From Pseudobdellovibrionaceae bacterium (GTDB taxonomy: Bacteria; Bdellovibrionota; Bdellovibrionia; Bdellovibrionales; UBA1609): 30,006 bases of DNA. The position numbers and the translations under genes are program-made. The DNA is taken from positions 124,001 through 154,006 of the forward strand of contig JAUVAX010000002.1 of NCBI GenBank assembly GCA_030591685.1, given 5' to 3'. Positions 27,740-30,006 of the stretch are shown piece after piece (positions within the stretch are counted from its first letter, which is position 1; each line of letters begins with the position of its first letter). A model generated the notes under the pieces. The model was not told the origin of the DNA, made no database searches, and worked only from the letters and a program-made list of their open reading frames with translations.

Positions 27740-28354
27740 GTGATGATTTTGAGAAACCCTAAAGCTATATTCATTTTATTAGCGTCCTTAATTTTGTTCA
27801 CAGGTTGTGTGGGCCCGCTCTTAAACCACGGGACAGGGAGATCTTTAGGCAGTGGTAACCATAATGCTAAGGTCATTGCAGCCCTTGAGGGCTATTATGG
27901 CTTTCAATACGATTATGGTTTTAGTGATAACTTTGACCTTGGAGTACAGTATGAGGTCCTTAGCATAGGCCTTAATAGTAAGTACTCATTTATAAATCAA
28001 AGCTCTGGGTTTTCTTTTGCCGGAACATTAGGTATTGGTTCCACTTTTGGAGGCGTTTACAGTGCATTAGGTTTTAATGGCAGCTATAAAGCCGGCTCAT
28101 GGGAGCCCTTTGCAAGTTTAAGGTATACTTCTGTTGAGGTGGATCAACAAGAAATTATAAATAAAGATACAGGTGACCTATTTACTGTAACCCCGGTTAT
28201 GAATTATGATTACACACAAGGGTTTTTAGGAGTTAAATATTGGTTTACTGATGGACTGGCTTTAAACGTCGAACTGGGTTCTTTTGTTTCAAGTAATAAT
28301 GTCGATTTTACTTCAATTATTTATTACTCCCTAGGTGTTGATTTTTTATTTTAA
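27740..28354 (+). CDS. Putative outer-membrane beta-barrel protein with lipoprotein-type signal
   Basis: Lipobox FTGC; alternating aromatic/Gly beta-strands; C-terminal YSLGVDFLF beta-signal. Confidence 0.7.
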   Translation: MMILRNPKAIFILLASLILFTGCVGPLLNHGTGRSLGSGNHNAKVIAALEGYYGFQYDYGFSDNFDLGVQYEVLSIGLNSKYSFINQSSGFSFAGTLGIGSTFGGVYSALGFNGSYKAGSWEPFASLRYTSVEVDQQEIINKDTGDLFTVTPVMNYDYTQGFLGVKYWFTDGLALNVELGSFVSSNNVDFTSIIYYSLGVDFLF

Positions 28355-28686
28355 AAACCATGTTGGATTTGAAGACCTAAGCTTAAATTAACCCTTGATT
28401 AAGAGAGGGGTAAAGGTCCTTTTAATGAGCCACTACATCAGAACTCTCCTTTTTTTGACAAGAAAGCCAGCGGATATGAGGATAACATGCTGAAAATCAC
28501 TTAATTTTATTCAATTCCATTAAAATTTAAATGTAAATTTTAAAAGTAACAAAAAGGGTCGCACTATCAAAAAAATAGACACCATTAACTTACCTTGGCT
28601 ACGCTATTTTCGTCGCATTTGTACGCCAGGGTCACCTTGAGAGCATATTTCATAGAGGCGAGTGAATTAAAGAGTTATAAACTCTA

Positions 28687-28702
28687 TGGCACGTAACTTG
28701 CT
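28687..28702 (+). promoter_or_regulatory. Sigma-54 promoter of the terminal secreted-protein gene
   Basis: TGGCACGTAACTTGCT matches the consensus TGGCACG-N4-TTGCW; about 100 nt upstream of ATG 28805. Confidence 0.8.
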
Positions 28703-28804
28703 GTTATAAGAGTAATAGTAAAGTGCCCTCTTAAATTTTAAACCTATTTGAAAAAAGAGTTAATGAGGGTTGGCACAATTAAGCCCATTCGTAGGAGATT
28801 TCTA

Positions 28805-30006
28805 ATGAGAGTTAATGTTTTTATATCACTGAGCTTGTGTTTTTTTATATCATTCGCTCAAGCCAAAAATGAGACAGGCGAGTCTAAAATAAACCCCATA
28901 GCCAGACAGGCTTTAAGTGATGCAGAAAACATTGATACAGCTGAAGTGGCAAAAAAATCTATTAGAAAGATGTTAAACATGGTTACAGCCCCTGAGTTAG
29001 ATCAAGTAATAGCCCCTAATACATTATCAGAACTCGGATTGAAAAAATTGAAGCAAAGAGTAAATTCTAATTATCAACTTAGATATGAGGTTTTTAAGAA
29101 ATGTGCATTTTTAATAGATAAATATTCAATACATGATGAAAATGTGTTGGAGCAAATTAAACATGTGGCTAAATACGATTATTATACAAAACTAAGAAGA
29201 TTAGCTATGATCTCATATGTTTCTCAAGAAACTAGTAAATCAAAAAGAGCAGAGTTTTTACAAGATATAGCTAGTACTGACGGTGAGCTTATATTTAGTG
29301 GTTATTACCTAAAGCGTTCTCCACTTTTTGCTGAGTTTGTTAGAGGTCTCCATCCCGAAACTAAAGAAGAACTTTTAACTAAAAGTGTGTACACCATCAA
29401 GGAGGAGACACTCAAATACTTCTCTACAGAGGGTTCAATGAACTTAGAAGTCCCGATTATTAGTGTAGAATATGATTATGTGGGGTCAAAATCAGTCGTC
29501 ACTAAAGAGGTCGCTGACGAGGAGAATAGAAATTATTTAGAGATAATTGATGGACTTATATCTAAGCTCTCAAGCAACTCTTCTTTTAGTCGTAAATATG
29601 CAGAAGGTGACCTTCAAAGAATAGCTAATGCTCAAGAACGTCGCAATGGATATTATAGCCTTACTAATGAGTATGTTTATGGACATGTCACAAATTTTGA
29701 GGTTAAAACGGAACAGGACTCCAGTCATTTGCTTGAAGAAGGAGAGCTGAGAGATATGGAGAAAAAAATAATACAAGATAATAAGCCGTACTTAACTTTA
29801 CAGTCATTAACAGACCATAGGGCCGGTTTAAATTATAATAACACATTAAGCAACGGAGTTACGCGTATATTGAGGGGTAACACAGTAAAATGGGCCAACA
29901 ATCTTCTTGAAAGAAACAGTCAGGGTGAAATCTTTAATTTTCAAAAAATACATAGCGATGCTCAACGCCGTTCATGTAATAATAAATCTAAATTTGAATG
30001 TCACGA
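28805..30006 (+). CDS. Hypothetical secreted protein, at least 400 aa, 3'-truncated by the window (absent from the ORF track)
   Basis: AGGAG RBS at 28793; hand translation gives MRVNVFISLSLCFFISFAQA-KNETGESK... with no stop before the window end (...RRSCNNKSKFECH). Confidence 0.85.
   Translation, partial: MRVNVFISLSLCFFISFAQAKNETGESKINPIARQALSDAENIDTAEVAKKSIRKMLNMVTAPELDQVIAPNTLSELGLKKLKQRVNSNYQLRYEVFKKCAFLIDKYSIHDENVLEQIKHVAKYDYYTKLRRLAMISYVSQETSKSKRAEFLQDIASTDGELIFSGYYLKRSPLFAEFVRGLHPETKEELLTKSVYTIKEETLKYFSTEGSMNLEVPIISVEYDYVGSKSVVTKEVADEENRNYLEIIDGLISKLSSNSSFSRKYAEGDLQRIANAQERRNGYYSLTNEYVYGHVTNFEVKTEQDSSHLLEEGELRDMEKKIIQDNKPYLTLQSLTDHRAGLNYNNTLSNGVTRILRGNTVKWANNLLERNSQGEIFNFQKIHSDAQRRSCNNKSKFECH

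Noticed and set aside
28355..28686. Intergenic region as ncRNA or mini-ORFs (e.g. MLKIT after GAGGA)
   Set aside because: No recognisable tRNA or riboswitch motif; tiny ORFs and weak stems are expected by chance.
28771..28784. Second sigma-54-like site TGGCACAATTAAGC
   Set aside because: Spacing is GG-N9-GC and TTGC is missing; sigma-54 spacing is strict.
896..29776. Short overlapping ORFs in the track (e.g. 896-1231, 3403-3714, 12873-13229, 26141-26773, 29570-29776)
   Set aside because: They are antisense or frame shadows of well-supported genes, with no RBS, motif or independent support.

Overview
AT-rich bacterial chromosome segment. Gene content (TIGR02147-type HTH protein, several orphan secreted proteins, GGTGCCWGGCACC-type palindromes) suggests Bdellovibrionota; this is an inference. 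The housekeeping backbone is gltX (3' end), cysS, uvrB, hemN and uvrC. Interspersed are secreted/envelope genes: M23 and M15A peptidase lipoproteins, a GreA/B-like factor, a TIGR02147-type regulator coupled to a secreted HExxH protein, a Cys-rich tandem-repeat protein, two related secreted proteins and a small Zn-finger protein. These are followed by an nfeD-slipin-spoIID operon, a divergent ECF sigma/anti-sigma/tolC <> cusB/cusA metal-efflux locus, an outer-membrane protein, and a secreted protein truncated by the window end and absent from the ORF track. The best signals are non-coding: (1) the same TTGTCACA-N16-CGTATT ECF-type promoter on both arms of the efflux locus; (2) a TIGR02147+cargo module with a palindromic candidate operator, bracketed by 17/19-identical repeats; (3) three sigma-54 promoters, all before secreted proteins; (4) a sigma-28 promoter with a GGA-loop hairpin before the Zn-finger gene. 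No rRNA, tRNA, CRISPR, transposase or integrase was seen. All family calls are by motif recognition, not database search.
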